64,000 nucleotides of DNA from Acidobacteriota bacterium (GTDB taxonomy: Bacteria > Acidobacteriota > UBA4820 > DSQY01), in NCBI GenBank assembly GCA_049968315.1, contig JBMFRA010000006.1, positions 647-64,646 on the forward strand, written 5' to 3'. Under the pieces are notes generated by a model. It was not told the origin of the DNA and did not search any database. It saw only the letters and a program-made list of their open reading frames with translations. The position numbers were made by a program, and so were the translations under genes. Position 1 is the stretch's first letter, and each line of letters opens with the position of its first letter. This document shows, one piece after another, positions 34,771-43,572 of the stretch.

Positions 34771-35748
34771 ATGGCGGAACGCACCGAGTGGCCGCGGAAC
34801 CTGATCCTCTGGGCCACCGACCCCCGGATGACCGAGCGGGACGCCGCGGCCTGGTGCCGCGCCTGGGGCGGCGAGGAGGGGGTCTTGAGCCTGAGCGGCC
34901 CCGACACCTCCCCCGCCACGCTCCTCCGGGAACTCCGCTCCGTCCCCATGTTTCGGGAGGTCCAGCCGGTGCGCCTCCGCCACGCCGAAGGGGCGGGGGC
35001 CGACCTCCTGGCGGCCCTCGACGCCTACCTGGACAGTCCTTCACCCTCGGCGGCGCTCCTCATCGAGGCCTCGGCGGACCTCTCCAAACCTTCGGGCCTC
35101 TGGAAGAGCCTTCTCGGGAAGGTACCCTCCCGGGACCTGCGGGTCCGTTCGGTGAAGGCCTACGCCGAGCTCCGGGCGCGGTCGGAGGGCTTCCGCCTCA
35201 CCCCCGAGGCCCTGGAGGGCCTGGAGGAGTGGTCCCAGGGCGATCCAGCCCTGGCCGCCCGGGCCCTGGACCTCCTCTTCCTCTACAAGGCGGACGAGAA
35301 GGTGGTGGACGGCCCCGACCTTCCGGCCCTGCTGGGGGCCGGGGGAACCCCCCGGCAGTGGGACGCGGTGGACGCCTTCGTGCGGGGAGACGTCCGAACC
35401 CTCGCCGGGATGCTGGCGGCCATCCGGCGGGACCCCGACGCGGTTCCCCTGGCCTTCCTGGGCATGGTGGCCAAGCAGGTCCGTTCCCTTCTCTACCTTC
35501 GTTCCGCCAAGGCCGCCGGCAGAAACCTGCGGGAGGTGGAGCCCCGGGAGCTGGGCTTCGCCCACCCCGCCCCCGTGCGGCGGCTCCTGGAGAACCTGGA
35601 CCGGTGGCCCGAGGAAAAGATCCGCCGGGCCCTGGGGGTCCTCTACGACCTGGACCTCTGCCTCAAGGGCGGGGTTCGGGACGACTGGGGCCACGTGGAA
35701 CGCCACCTCCTTCGGATCCTGAAGGAGACGGTGGCGGCTCCGCCCTGA
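34771..35748 (+). CDS. holA: DNA polymerase III delta subunit
   Basis: Delta-subunit-like N-terminal clamp-loader fold (NLILWATDPRM...LLRELRSVPMFREVQPVRLRHAEG) and C-terminal helical domain. The size (325 aa) fits. Confidence 0.7.
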   Translation: MAERTEWPRNLILWATDPRMTERDAAAWCRAWGGEEGVLSLSGPDTSPATLLRELRSVPMFREVQPVRLRHAEGAGADLLAALDAYLDSPSPSAALLIEASADLSKPSGLWKSLLGKVPSRDLRVRSVKAYAELRARSEGFRLTPEALEGLEEWSQGDPALAARALDLLFLYKADEKVVDGPDLPALLGAGGTPRQWDAVDAFVRGDVRTLAGMLAAIRRDPDAVPLAFLGMVAKQVRSLLYLRSAKAAGRNLREVEPRELGFAHPAPVRRLLENLDRWPEEKIRRALGVLYDLDLCLKGGVRDDWGHVERHLLRILKETVAAPP

Positions 35749-35751
35749 GGC

Positions 35752-37374
35752 TCAGGGCGGGGGGGCGAGGGCCACCCGCCCTCCGCCTTGCTTTCGGGCG
35801 GTCTCCAGGGCGGAGGAGGCGGCGTCGAGCCAGGCCTTCAGGGTCTTCATGGAGGGGTGGGCCATGGCCGCCCCGGCGGTGAAGGTGGTTCGGAGCTTCA
35901 GCTCTTCCACCGGCCACTCGATCTGGGAGTACTCCCACAGAAGCCTCTCCAAGAGCTTCACCGCGTCGCCGGGGGTGAGGTGTTCCAGGACGACGGCCAG
36001 GAGGTTTTCGCCGTAGCGCCCCATGATGTCGGTCTGCCGCACCTTACGCTGGAGGTACCGCGCCAGCCCCTGGAGGAGGGCCGCCTGGACCCTCGGCGGA
36101 GGAAAGGGCAGTGACGGGGGGGGATCCACCTGGACGAGGACCATGGCGTAGGGGACCTGGCGGCGGCTGAAGCGGGAGAGGCAGAGGCGGGCCTGCTGGA
36201 GGAAGGGGGTGTGGGCAAGAAGCCCCGTCAGTTCGTCGTGGTCCATCATCTCCTGGAGGGAGCGGTAGCGGATGAGCCTCGACTTGACGGTGGCCAGCAG
36301 GTCCTCGGGGGTCACGGGCTTGATGAGGTAGTCGTCGCCCCCGGCCTCGGCGCCCTTGATCTGGGCCTTTCGGCGCCCCTCGGTGGTGAGGAAGACCACA
36401 GGCACCGCGGAGAAACCCTCCTCCTGGCGGAGGTACCTCACGAGGTCGTAGCCCGAGACCCCGGGCAAAAGGACGTCCATCAGCACCAGGTCGGGCCGGA
36501 AGGCGTGCAACTCCCGCTCGAAGACCATGGGGTCGGTGAGGACCCGCACCTGGTAGCCTCCCTGGGAGAGGGTCCTTTCCAGAAACTCCGCCTGGTGGGG
36601 ATCGTCCTCCACCGCCAGGATCCGGGCGGCGGAGGCCCGCCTCCGGCCCAGCAGGGCCCGGAACTTGCGGAAGAGGCTTCCGGGGTCCACCGGGGGGGGC
36701 AGGAAGCCGTCGGCCCCGCAGGCGATGGCCTCCACCTTGTCGTGGAAGAGTTCGGGGGCGCCCAGGAGGATCACGGGGATGGTTCGTTCCCCTTCGATCT
36801 CCCGAAAGCGGCGGACGAAGTCGTAGCCGGAGCCGTCGGGAAGGGAGACGGCCACCGCCGCCATGTCCGGCAGGGAGGCCCGGGCCTTCTCCAGGCCGGC
36901 GGCCATGCTCTCCGCCTGTTCCACCTGAAGGCCGCGCTTCGCCATGAACTCCGAGAGGGCGGCGCTCTCCGGGGTGGAAGGGGCCACGAGCAGGAGCAGG
37001 GGGACGGCGCGGCTCTGGAACCGGCTGGGGGCCGCCGCCTGGGTATCCATCACCCCCTGGAAGATCACCCGGAGGCGGCGGACGAGGCCCGCGACCTGTT
37101 CCAGCTCCTCGTCGGTGGGGGGGCGCTCCGAAAGGAGCACCGTGTAGCACATGTACTCCCCCTCCCCTCCCAAGGCGCTCACCTCCGGGAGGGCGTAGAG
37201 GGCCCCCGAGCCCGCGAAGTCGTGGAAGCCGGCCTGGATCTCCTCCAGCGGGCGGCGGGAGGAGCGGTCCGCCTGCAGCGCCGAAAGGAGGCGGTCCATG
37301 TCCGCCAGACGCTGGGCGCTGTCCTCCAGATAGCGGCGCCAGGATTCCGTCCGGTCCTCCCGATTCTTGGCCAT
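35752..37374 (-). CDS. Response regulator with two receiver domains and a degenerate GGDEF domain that keeps the RxxD I-site motif
   Basis: Start trimmed to MAKNREDRTESWRRYLED (ATG complement at 37372-37374). REC1 is RAVPLLLLVAPS...; REC2 is ARILAVEDDPHQAEFL...DLVLMDVLLPGVSGYDLVRYLR...KPV. A GGDEF-like domain follows (HDELTGLL...) whose A-site reads RYGENLLAV instead of GG(D/E)EF, while the RxxD I-site just upstream (RQTD) is intact. Confidence 0.75.
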   Translation of the reverse strand: MAKNREDRTESWRRYLEDSAQRLADMDRLLSALQADRSSRRPLEEIQAGFHDFAGSGALYALPEVSALGGEGEYMCYTVLLSERPPTDEELEQVAGLVRRLRVIFQGVMDTQAAAPSRFQSRAVPLLLLVAPSTPESAALSEFMAKRGLQVEQAESMAAGLEKARASLPDMAAVAVSLPDGSGYDFVRRFREIEGERTIPVILLGAPELFHDKVEAIACGADGFLPPPVDPGSLFRKFRALLGRRRASAARILAVEDDPHQAEFLERTLSQGGYQVRVLTDPMVFERELHAFRPDLVLMDVLLPGVSGYDLVRYLRQEEGFSAVPVVFLTTEGRRKAQIKGAEAGGDDYLIKPVTPEDLLATVKSRLIRYRSLQEMMDHDELTGLLAHTPFLQQARLCLSRFSRRQVPYAMVLVQVDPPPSLPFPPPRVQAALLQGLARYLQRKVRQTDIMGRYGENLLAVVLEHLTPGDAVKLLERLLWEYSQIEWPVEELKLRTTFTAGAAMAHPSMKTLKAWLDAASSALETARKQGGGRVALAPPP

Positions 37375-37507
37375 CCTGCACCCCCGCCCCTTCGCAGGGC
37401 AACTATACCCTGCCTTTCCGCTTCTGAAAAGGCGTTTGACAGAAGCCGCTCCCGGTGCTAGCGTTACAAGCTTGGCCGGCCGGGGAAGGCCGGCAGGGAG
37501 GATCCCC

Positions 37508-38494
37508 ATGCACCGGTTTTTCCGAACGATGGGCATGGTGGCGCTCGCCGCCTCGCTGGCCCTCGGGGCCGCCGCCCAGTCCAAGGGCTCCAAGGGCAAG
37601 GACGAAAAGAGCAAGGAATCCCAGAAGATCGAGGACCTGATCGCCAAGGGGGAGTACCAGAAGGCGGTGGACCTCGCCCAGAAGTTCATCGAGGCGGGGC
37701 AGGTGACCGAAGGCCTCTACATCGACCTGGGGGTGGCCCACTACAACCTGAAGAACTACGAGGCCGCCATCCAGGCCTTCGAGAAGGCCGTGGAGCAGAA
37801 CCCCTTCGGCACCCAGGCCCTCCTCTACGAGGCCACCTGCTACCACGACATGGGCCAGGAGGCGAAGGCCGCCGAGGCCTTCCAGCGGGCCATCGACGTC
37901 GATCCCACCAACAACGAGGTCCGCTACAACATCGCCCAGCTCTACGAGAAGAGCAACCGCCCCCAGGACGCCCTGGCCCAGTACCAGGCCATCTACCAGC
38001 AGAACCCGGACTACAAGGACGTGGCCTTCGCCGCCGGCATCCTCCTCTTCAACCAGGGGAAGTACGCCGAAGCGGAGCCCTACTTCGAAAAGGCCGCCGC
38101 CCTGAGCCCCTCCGACGAGCAGGTGCTCCTGGCCGTGGGCCAGAACCTCCTGAAGGCAGAGCAGTACGCCAAGGCCATCCCGGCCCTCCAGAAGTACCTG
38201 GAGGTCACCAAGAACGACACCTACAAGCCCGCCGTGCTGGACCAGGTGGCCATCGCCTACGAGAAGCAAAAGGACTACGAAGGGGCCCTCGCCGCCTACG
38301 ACCGGATCCTGGGCCTCCGCCCCAACTGGGAGAAGGCCCTCCTCGGCAAGGGAAACGCCCTGGTGAACCTCAAGCGGTACGCCGAAGCCGTCCCCGTCCT
38401 CAAGTCCTACCTCGAGGTCTCGAAGAACGAGGAAAAGAAAAAGGCGGTCCAGGACCTCCTCAAGCAGGTGGAGCCCCTGGCCAAGAAGAAGTGA
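37508..38494 (+). CDS. Secreted TPR-repeat protein
   Basis: Signal peptide MHRFFRTMGMVALAASLALGAAAQ. About eight TPR units follow (YQKAVDLAQKFIEAG..., YEAAIQAFEKAVEQNP..., QEAKAAEAFQRAIDVDP...). Confidence 0.8.
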   Translation: MHRFFRTMGMVALAASLALGAAAQSKGSKGKDEKSKESQKIEDLIAKGEYQKAVDLAQKFIEAGQVTEGLYIDLGVAHYNLKNYEAAIQAFEKAVEQNPFGTQALLYEATCYHDMGQEAKAAEAFQRAIDVDPTNNEVRYNIAQLYEKSNRPQDALAQYQAIYQQNPDYKDVAFAAGILLFNQGKYAEAEPYFEKAAALSPSDEQVLLAVGQNLLKAEQYAKAIPALQKYLEVTKNDTYKPAVLDQVAIAYEKQKDYEGALAAYDRILGLRPNWEKALLGKGNALVNLKRYAEAVPVLKSYLEVSKNEEKKKAVQDLLKQVEPLAKKK

Positions 38495-38637
38495 CGATTG
38501 GCAAACAACGGAACCCCAACGGGGGAGCCCAGGCTCCCCCGTTTTCTTTTCGCCTCCCCCCAAGGCCGCCCTCGTTCCGCTCCCTTGCGTTTTTCTCCCG
38601 GCGGGCCTAGCCTGTGGGGCAACCGAAGGAGGGTGCC

Positions 38638-39372
38638 ATGGCCTGGACCTGCGCCTGCGGACAGGAGAACCCGCCGACCTCGAAGTTCTGCGACCGGTGC
38701 GGTGCACCGCGGCCCGAAGGGGCCGAGGAGGCAGCCCCGCGGGAGGCCCATCCCGAGAAGGAAGCGGAGGTCCCCGGGCCCCCTCCCCCCGCCGCGCCTC
38801 CGCAGGCCCCTCCCGCCGCGCCTCCTCCCGCCTCCCGGCCTGCGGCCGCCCCTCCGCCCCCCCGCAAGGGCTTTCCCGCGGCCCTGGTCCTGGCCCTGGT
38901 GGGTGCGGGCTTGGTCTTCTTCTGCCTCGTGGGGGGGATCGTGGCCGCCATCGCCATCCCCAACTTTCTCTCGGCATTGGAGAAGGGAAAGCAGAAGCGG
39001 GCCATGGCCGAGATCCAGGCCATCGCCGCCGCCTGCAGCGCCTACGAGGCGGACCACGGCACCTACCCCGCCACGGGCCACGATACCGATTCCTACTACA
39101 GCCTGGTGGACGCGGAGGCCCTTCGCTCCCTTCTGGAACCGTCCTACATCCCCAAGCTTCCCGTCCTGGACCCCTGGGGCGCCCCATACAGCTACGGCGT
39201 CTCCGCCGACGGGCGGGAGTTCATCCTCCTCTGCGGGGGCTCCGACAAGAAGGTGGTGCTCAACGCCATCCCCACCGACGTGGCGGCGACCCACTGCTTC
39301 GAAGACGACATGGTCTTCGAGAACGGGCGGTTCCTCAGGTACCCCGAAGGCGTGCAGAAGAAGTGCCACTGA
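38638..39372 (+). CDS. Zinc-ribbon / Pro-rich linker / TM helix / pseudopilin-like (GspG/type IV pilin fold) fusion protein
   Basis: MAWTCACGQENPPTSKFCDRCGAP is a zinc ribbon. A (PA)-rich linker follows, then a TM helix (LVLALVGAGLVFFCLVGGIVAAIAIPNF), then a pilin-like alpha-1 and beta region (LSALEKGKQKRAMAEIQAIAAACSAYEADHGTYPATG...). There is no canonical prepilin peptidase site. ATG at 38638, with GAAGGA upstream. Confidence 0.6.
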   Translation: MAWTCACGQENPPTSKFCDRCGAPRPEGAEEAAPREAHPEKEAEVPGPPPPAAPPQAPPAAPPPASRPAAAPPPPRKGFPAALVLALVGAGLVFFCLVGGIVAAIAIPNFLSALEKGKQKRAMAEIQAIAAACSAYEADHGTYPATGHDTDSYYSLVDAEALRSLLEPSYIPKLPVLDPWGAPYSYGVSADGREFILLCGGSDKKVVLNAIPTDVAATHCFEDDMVFENGRFLRYPEGVQKKCH

Positions 39373-39484
39373 GGGGGCCGCCCCGGCGGCCGCCCCGCTC
39401 CCGTCCGCACCCCGCCGCCACGGCGCGGTCTTGTAGGCGGGGTGAAAACGTCCTACCATTCGTAGGTTCGGGAGGTCTGCGAAG

Positions 39485-41938
39485 ATGGCCTACGAGCCGC
39501 TGTCGCTGGAAGAACGGATGCAGAGGAGGTGGGAGGAGGCGGGCGTGGCCCGCACCCCGGAGGTCCCCGGCCGGCGGAACTTCTACTGCCTGGAGATGTT
39601 CATGTACCCCTCGGGCCGGATCCACATGGGCCACGTCCGCAACTACACCATCGGGGACGTGGTGGCCCGGTTTCAACGGATGCGCGGGAGGAACGTCCTG
39701 CACCCGCCGGGCTTCGACGCCTTCGGCCTGCCGGCGGAGAACGCCGCCATCAAGGGAGGAGTCCACCCCAAGGCCTGGACCGACGCCAACATGGCCGCCA
39801 TGCGGGACCAGCTCCGCCGCCTGGGCTTCCTCTACGACTGGAACCGGGAGGTGGTCACCTGCGAGCCGGAGTACTACCGCTGGAACCAGTGGTTCTTCCT
39901 CCGGATGTTTGAGAAGGGGCTCTGCTACAAGGCCAAGCGGCCCGTCAACTGGTGCCCCTCCTGCGCCACCGTCCTCGCCAACGAGCAGGTGGAAAACGGC
40001 ACCTGCTGGCGCTGCCACAACCCCGTGGAGATCCGGGAACTGGACCAGTGGTTCCTCAAGCTCACCCACTACGCCGAGGAGCTGCTCCGGAACCTCGACG
40101 ACCTCTCGGAGTGGCCCCCGGAGGTGGTGGCCATGCAGCGGAACTGGATCGGCCGCTCCGAGGGCGCCCTCGTCGACTTCCCCGTCGCCGGCCAGGGAGG
40201 GACCCTCACGGTCTTCACCACCCGCCTGGACACCATCTACGGCGCCACCTACCTCCTGCTGGCCCCCGAGCACCCCGCCGTGGAGGCCATCACCTCCGCG
40301 GGCCAGCGGGCGGAGGTGGAGGCCTTCCGGGCGAAGATGCGCTCCCAGAGCACCCACGAGCGGGCCACCACCCGGGACAAGGAGGGGGTCTTCACCGGCG
40401 CCTGGGCCCTCAACCCCTTCTCCGGTGAGCGGATCCCCGTTTGGGTGGCCAACTTCGTCCTCATGGACTACGGAACGGGCGCCATCATGAGCGTCCCCGC
40501 CCACGACCAACGGGACTTCGAGTTCGCGCGGGCCTACGGCCTCCCCGTCCGCGTCGTGGTCCAAAGCGGAGGCCTCTCCGCCGAGACCTTGGAGGCCGCC
40601 TGTGCCGACGACGGGGTCCTGGTGGAGAGCGGGCCCTTCACCGGCCTCCCCAACCGGGAGGCCGCCGTCCGGATGGCGGCCCTGGCCGAGGAGAAGGGTT
40701 TCGGCAAGCGGACCGTACAGTACCGCATCAAGGACTGGGGCATCTCCCGCCAGCGCTACTGGGGAACGCCCATCCCCATCGTCTACTGCCCCGCCTGCGG
40801 AACGGTCCCCGTCCCCGAAGAGGACCTTCCGGTGCTCCTCCCCAAGGACGTGGCCTTCACCGGCCGCGGCCAGAGCCCCCTGGCCACCCACGGGGCCTTC
40901 CTCCAGGTCCCCTGCCCCCGGTGTGGCAAGGAAGCCCGCCGGGAGACGGACACCATGGACACCTTCGTGGACTCCTCCTGGTACTTCCTGAGGTACACGA
41001 GCCCCCGGGAAACCTCCGCCCCCTTCGACCGGAGGGCGGTGGAGGCCTGGTGCCCCGTGGACTTCTACATCGGCGGCATCGAACACGCCACCATGCACCT
41101 CATCTACTGCCGCTTCTTCACCATGGTCCTGAGGGATCTGGGGCTCCTGCCCTTCGGGGAGCCGGTGAAGCGCCTCATGTGCCAGGGAATGGTCATCAAG
41201 GACGGGGCCAAGATGAGCAAGAGCCTCGGGAACCTCGTGGAGCCGGACGAGATGGTGGCCCGGTACGGTGCCGACGCCGTCCGGCTCAACATGCTCTTCG
41301 TCTCCCCCCCCTGGGACCGCCTGGACTGGCAGGACAGCGGAGCCGAAGGGGCCTTTCGCTTCCTGGCCCGGGTCCACGGGTTGGTGGAGGAGTGGGCGGA
41401 GGACCTCGGGGGCCCGGCGGAGCCCGGTGCAGGCTCCGTGCACCCGCTGCGGCGGAAGGTCCACCAGACGGTGGCCCGTGTGGAGCGGGAACTGGACGGT
41501 CGCCTCAAGATCAACACCGCCGTGGCGGCCCTCATGGAGCTGGCCAACGCCCTCCTGGCCTTCGCCGCCACCTACGACCGCAGCCCCGCCCAGCGCTTCG
41601 TCTTCCGGGAGGCCCTAGGGGCCCTGGTCCAGATGCTCTCCCCCTTCACGCCCCACCTGGCCGACGCCCTCTGGGAACGCCTCGGCGGAAGGGGGTTCCT
41701 GGTGGACGGCCCCTGGCCCGCCTGGGATCCGGCCCTGGCCGCCGAGGAGGAGGTCACCCTGCCGGTCCAGGTGAACGGGCGCCTGAGGGGCCAGGTGACG
41801 GTTCCCGCCGGGGCCTCTGCGGAGGAGATCCTCGCGGCGGCGCGGAGCCACGAGAAGGTGCGGCCGCACCTCGAAGGAAGGACGGTAGTCAAGGAGATCG
41901 CCGTCCCCGGCAAGGTCGTCAACTTCGTCGTGCGGTGA
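39485..41938 (+). CDS. leuS: Leucyl-tRNA synthetase
   Basis: HMGH motif (PSGRIHMGHVRNYTIGDV) and KMSKS motif (VIKDGAKMSKSLGNLV). The full 817-aa protein aligns in the author's recollection with bacterial LeuS. Confidence 0.97.
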   Translation: MAYEPLSLEERMQRRWEEAGVARTPEVPGRRNFYCLEMFMYPSGRIHMGHVRNYTIGDVVARFQRMRGRNVLHPPGFDAFGLPAENAAIKGGVHPKAWTDANMAAMRDQLRRLGFLYDWNREVVTCEPEYYRWNQWFFLRMFEKGLCYKAKRPVNWCPSCATVLANEQVENGTCWRCHNPVEIRELDQWFLKLTHYAEELLRNLDDLSEWPPEVVAMQRNWIGRSEGALVDFPVAGQGGTLTVFTTRLDTIYGATYLLLAPEHPAVEAITSAGQRAEVEAFRAKMRSQSTHERATTRDKEGVFTGAWALNPFSGERIPVWVANFVLMDYGTGAIMSVPAHDQRDFEFARAYGLPVRVVVQSGGLSAETLEAACADDGVLVESGPFTGLPNREAAVRMAALAEEKGFGKRTVQYRIKDWGISRQRYWGTPIPIVYCPACGTVPVPEEDLPVLLPKDVAFTGRGQSPLATHGAFLQVPCPRCGKEARRETDTMDTFVDSSWYFLRYTSPRETSAPFDRRAVEAWCPVDFYIGGIEHATMHLIYCRFFTMVLRDLGLLPFGEPVKRLMCQGMVIKDGAKMSKSLGNLVEPDEMVARYGADAVRLNMLFVSPPWDRLDWQDSGAEGAFRFLARVHGLVEEWAEDLGGPAEPGAGSVHPLRRKVHQTVARVERELDGRLKINTAVAALMELANALLAFAATYDRSPAQRFVFREALGALVQMLSPFTPHLADALWERLGGRGFLVDGPWPAWDPALAAEEEVTLPVQVNGRLRGQVTVPAGASAEEILAAARSHEKVRPHLEGRTVVKEIAVPGKVVNFVVR

Positions 41939-41951
41939 AAGGAGGCCCCCC

Positions 41952-42503
41952 GTGCGATTCCTTCGGTCTCGTCTCGGTTCTCCCGCGTTCGGACGGCCGT
42001 TTCTCTCCCTCCTGCTCCTGGGGACGGCCCTGGGCTGCGGCTACCGGCTCCTGGGGACGGGCAACCTGCCCGAGGGAATCAGGACGGTGGCCGTCCTCCC
42101 CTTCGAACGCCAGGTGCCCGTGGTCCAGCTCGACCAGCGGGTGACGGAGGCGGTGACCCAGGAGATGGCCCGGCGCCTCAAGGTACGGGTCCAATCGGAA
42201 AAGGAGGGGGCCGACGCCGTGCTGACCGGAACCATCCGGAGCTTCCACGTGGCTCCCCTCTCCTACGACGAGGCGGGCCGCGCCAACCGGTACCAGGTCT
42301 CCCTGGGGGTCAGGGTCCGCCTGGCGGACGCCAAGGGGACGATCCTCTTCGAATCCCAGGCCTTCCGGTTCACCGAAAACTACGCCCGCTCCTCCTCCCC
42401 GGCCACCTTCGCCGCCGAGGAGGTGGTGGCCTACGAGCAGGTGGCCCGGGACTTCGCCAGGGCCCTGGTCTCGGCCATGATGGAGGGCGGCCGTGGCCGA
42501 TGA
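41952..42503 (+). CDS. lptE: LPS-assembly lipoprotein LptE-like
   Basis: Lipoprotein signal ...LLLLGTALGCGYRLLG, then an LptE-like body (TVAVLPFERQ..., VLTGTIRSFHV...). It lies immediately downstream of leuS, which is the conserved leuS-lptE synteny. Confidence 0.7.
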   Translation: MRFLRSRLGSPAFGRPFLSLLLLGTALGCGYRLLGTGNLPEGIRTVAVLPFERQVPVVQLDQRVTEAVTQEMARRLKVRVQSEKEGADAVLTGTIRSFHVAPLSYDEAGRANRYQVSLGVRVRLADAKGTILFESQAFRFTENYARSSSPATFAAEEVVAYEQVARDFARALVSAMMEGGRGR

Positions 42504-43551
42504 CCGGATCCCCCGCCACGAACAGGGCGGTCCCCCGGGGACGTGGACGGTCTGCACCCTCACCCCCGACGGGCTCCTCAAGGAGGATTTCGCCGCCGGC
42601 CTCAAGGTCCACGGCGACCTCATCTACTACGACGAGATCTGGGACTACAACGCCTTCTGCCCCTTCCCCCTCGGGAGGATCCTCGCCCTGGCCGCCGTCA
42701 CCGCCGCCGCCGTTCTTCTCCCCTTTTGGGGTGCAGGGCCCGTGGCCGCCTACCTCCTCCCCTGGGCCCTTCTCTCCGTGGCGTGGGTCTTCCTGTGGGC
42801 AGCCCTGAGGCGCAAGTCGGTCCACCTCTTCGATTTCCAGGGACAGGAGCTGGCCGTCCTCCACGGCGTTCGGGGGGGCTCCCTGGACCGCTTCCTGGAG
42901 GCGCTCGTGGAGCAGGTGGCCCGCTCCCGCTACCCCCTCCAGGCCACGCTGGAAGGGCTGGACCTCGGCCGCCTCTCCCTCCGCGCCCGCGGGCGGACCT
43001 TCCGGGCCTCCTTCCTCTACGACCGGGTTCTCTTCGAGGAACTGGGGCCGCTGGGCTACGGGCGGCGGGAGTTCTACGCTCTCACCGCGCTGAGGGCCCC
43101 CCTCTCCCTGGCCTGGCGCGTTCCCTGGCCCACCCTCTTCCCCGGGATCCTCGCCGCCCTGCTGGCGGTACCGGCGGCCTCGGCGGGACTGGAGAGCCGG
43201 GGCTCCGCCGGCCCCTGGGCCTGGGGCCTCCTCGGCGCCTCCCTCCTCTTGTTGCTCCTCTCGGCCCTTCTCCTCACCGTCTCGGTGACGGTGGATACCG
43301 GCGGCACCGCCCCCTTCCGCTCGCCGCCGCTCTCCTGGTGGGCCCGGCGGGACCGCCAGCGGATCCTCGCCTTCCTGGCCTCCGTGGTGCGGGCCGCCGA
43401 CCGGGTGGACCTCCTGGACATGGAGGACTACTGGGAGTACCACCGGGCCAAGCTCGCCCTCCTCAAGGAGGAGGGCTTCCTGGAGGAGTGGCCCTACCGC
43501 TCCGCCCTGGTGCGTCTCAGCAGCCAGGAACGGGAGGAAATGGGGGAGTAA
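42493..43551 (+). CDS. Hypothetical polytopic membrane protein
   Basis: Long ORF with several hydrophobic helices (LALAAVTAAAVLLPFWGAGPVAAYLLPWALLSVAWVFLWAAL; LGASLLLLLLSALLLTVSV). The GTG start overlaps the lptE stop. No recognisable domain. A competing frame is listed in the track. Confidence 0.45.
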   Translation: MADDRIPRHEQGGPPGTWTVCTLTPDGLLKEDFAAGLKVHGDLIYYDEIWDYNAFCPFPLGRILALAAVTAAAVLLPFWGAGPVAAYLLPWALLSVAWVFLWAALRRKSVHLFDFQGQELAVLHGVRGGSLDRFLEALVEQVARSRYPLQATLEGLDLGRLSLRARGRTFRASFLYDRVLFEELGPLGYGRREFYALTALRAPLSLAWRVPWPTLFPGILAALLAVPAASAGLESRGSAGPWAWGLLGASLLLLLLSALLLTVSVTVDTGGTAPFRSPPLSWWARRDRQRILAFLASVVRAADRVDLLDMEDYWEYHRAKLALLKEEGFLEEWPYRSALVRLSSQEREEMGE

Positions 43552-43572
43552 GGGCGCCCGCCCGAAGGCGCC

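Noticed and set aside
37430-37470. TTGACA at ~37437 in the divergent region upstream of the TPR gene as a sigma-70 promoter
   Set aside because: No acceptable -10 hexamer at 16-18 nt spacing (TAGCGT / TACAAG are weak), so it was not called.
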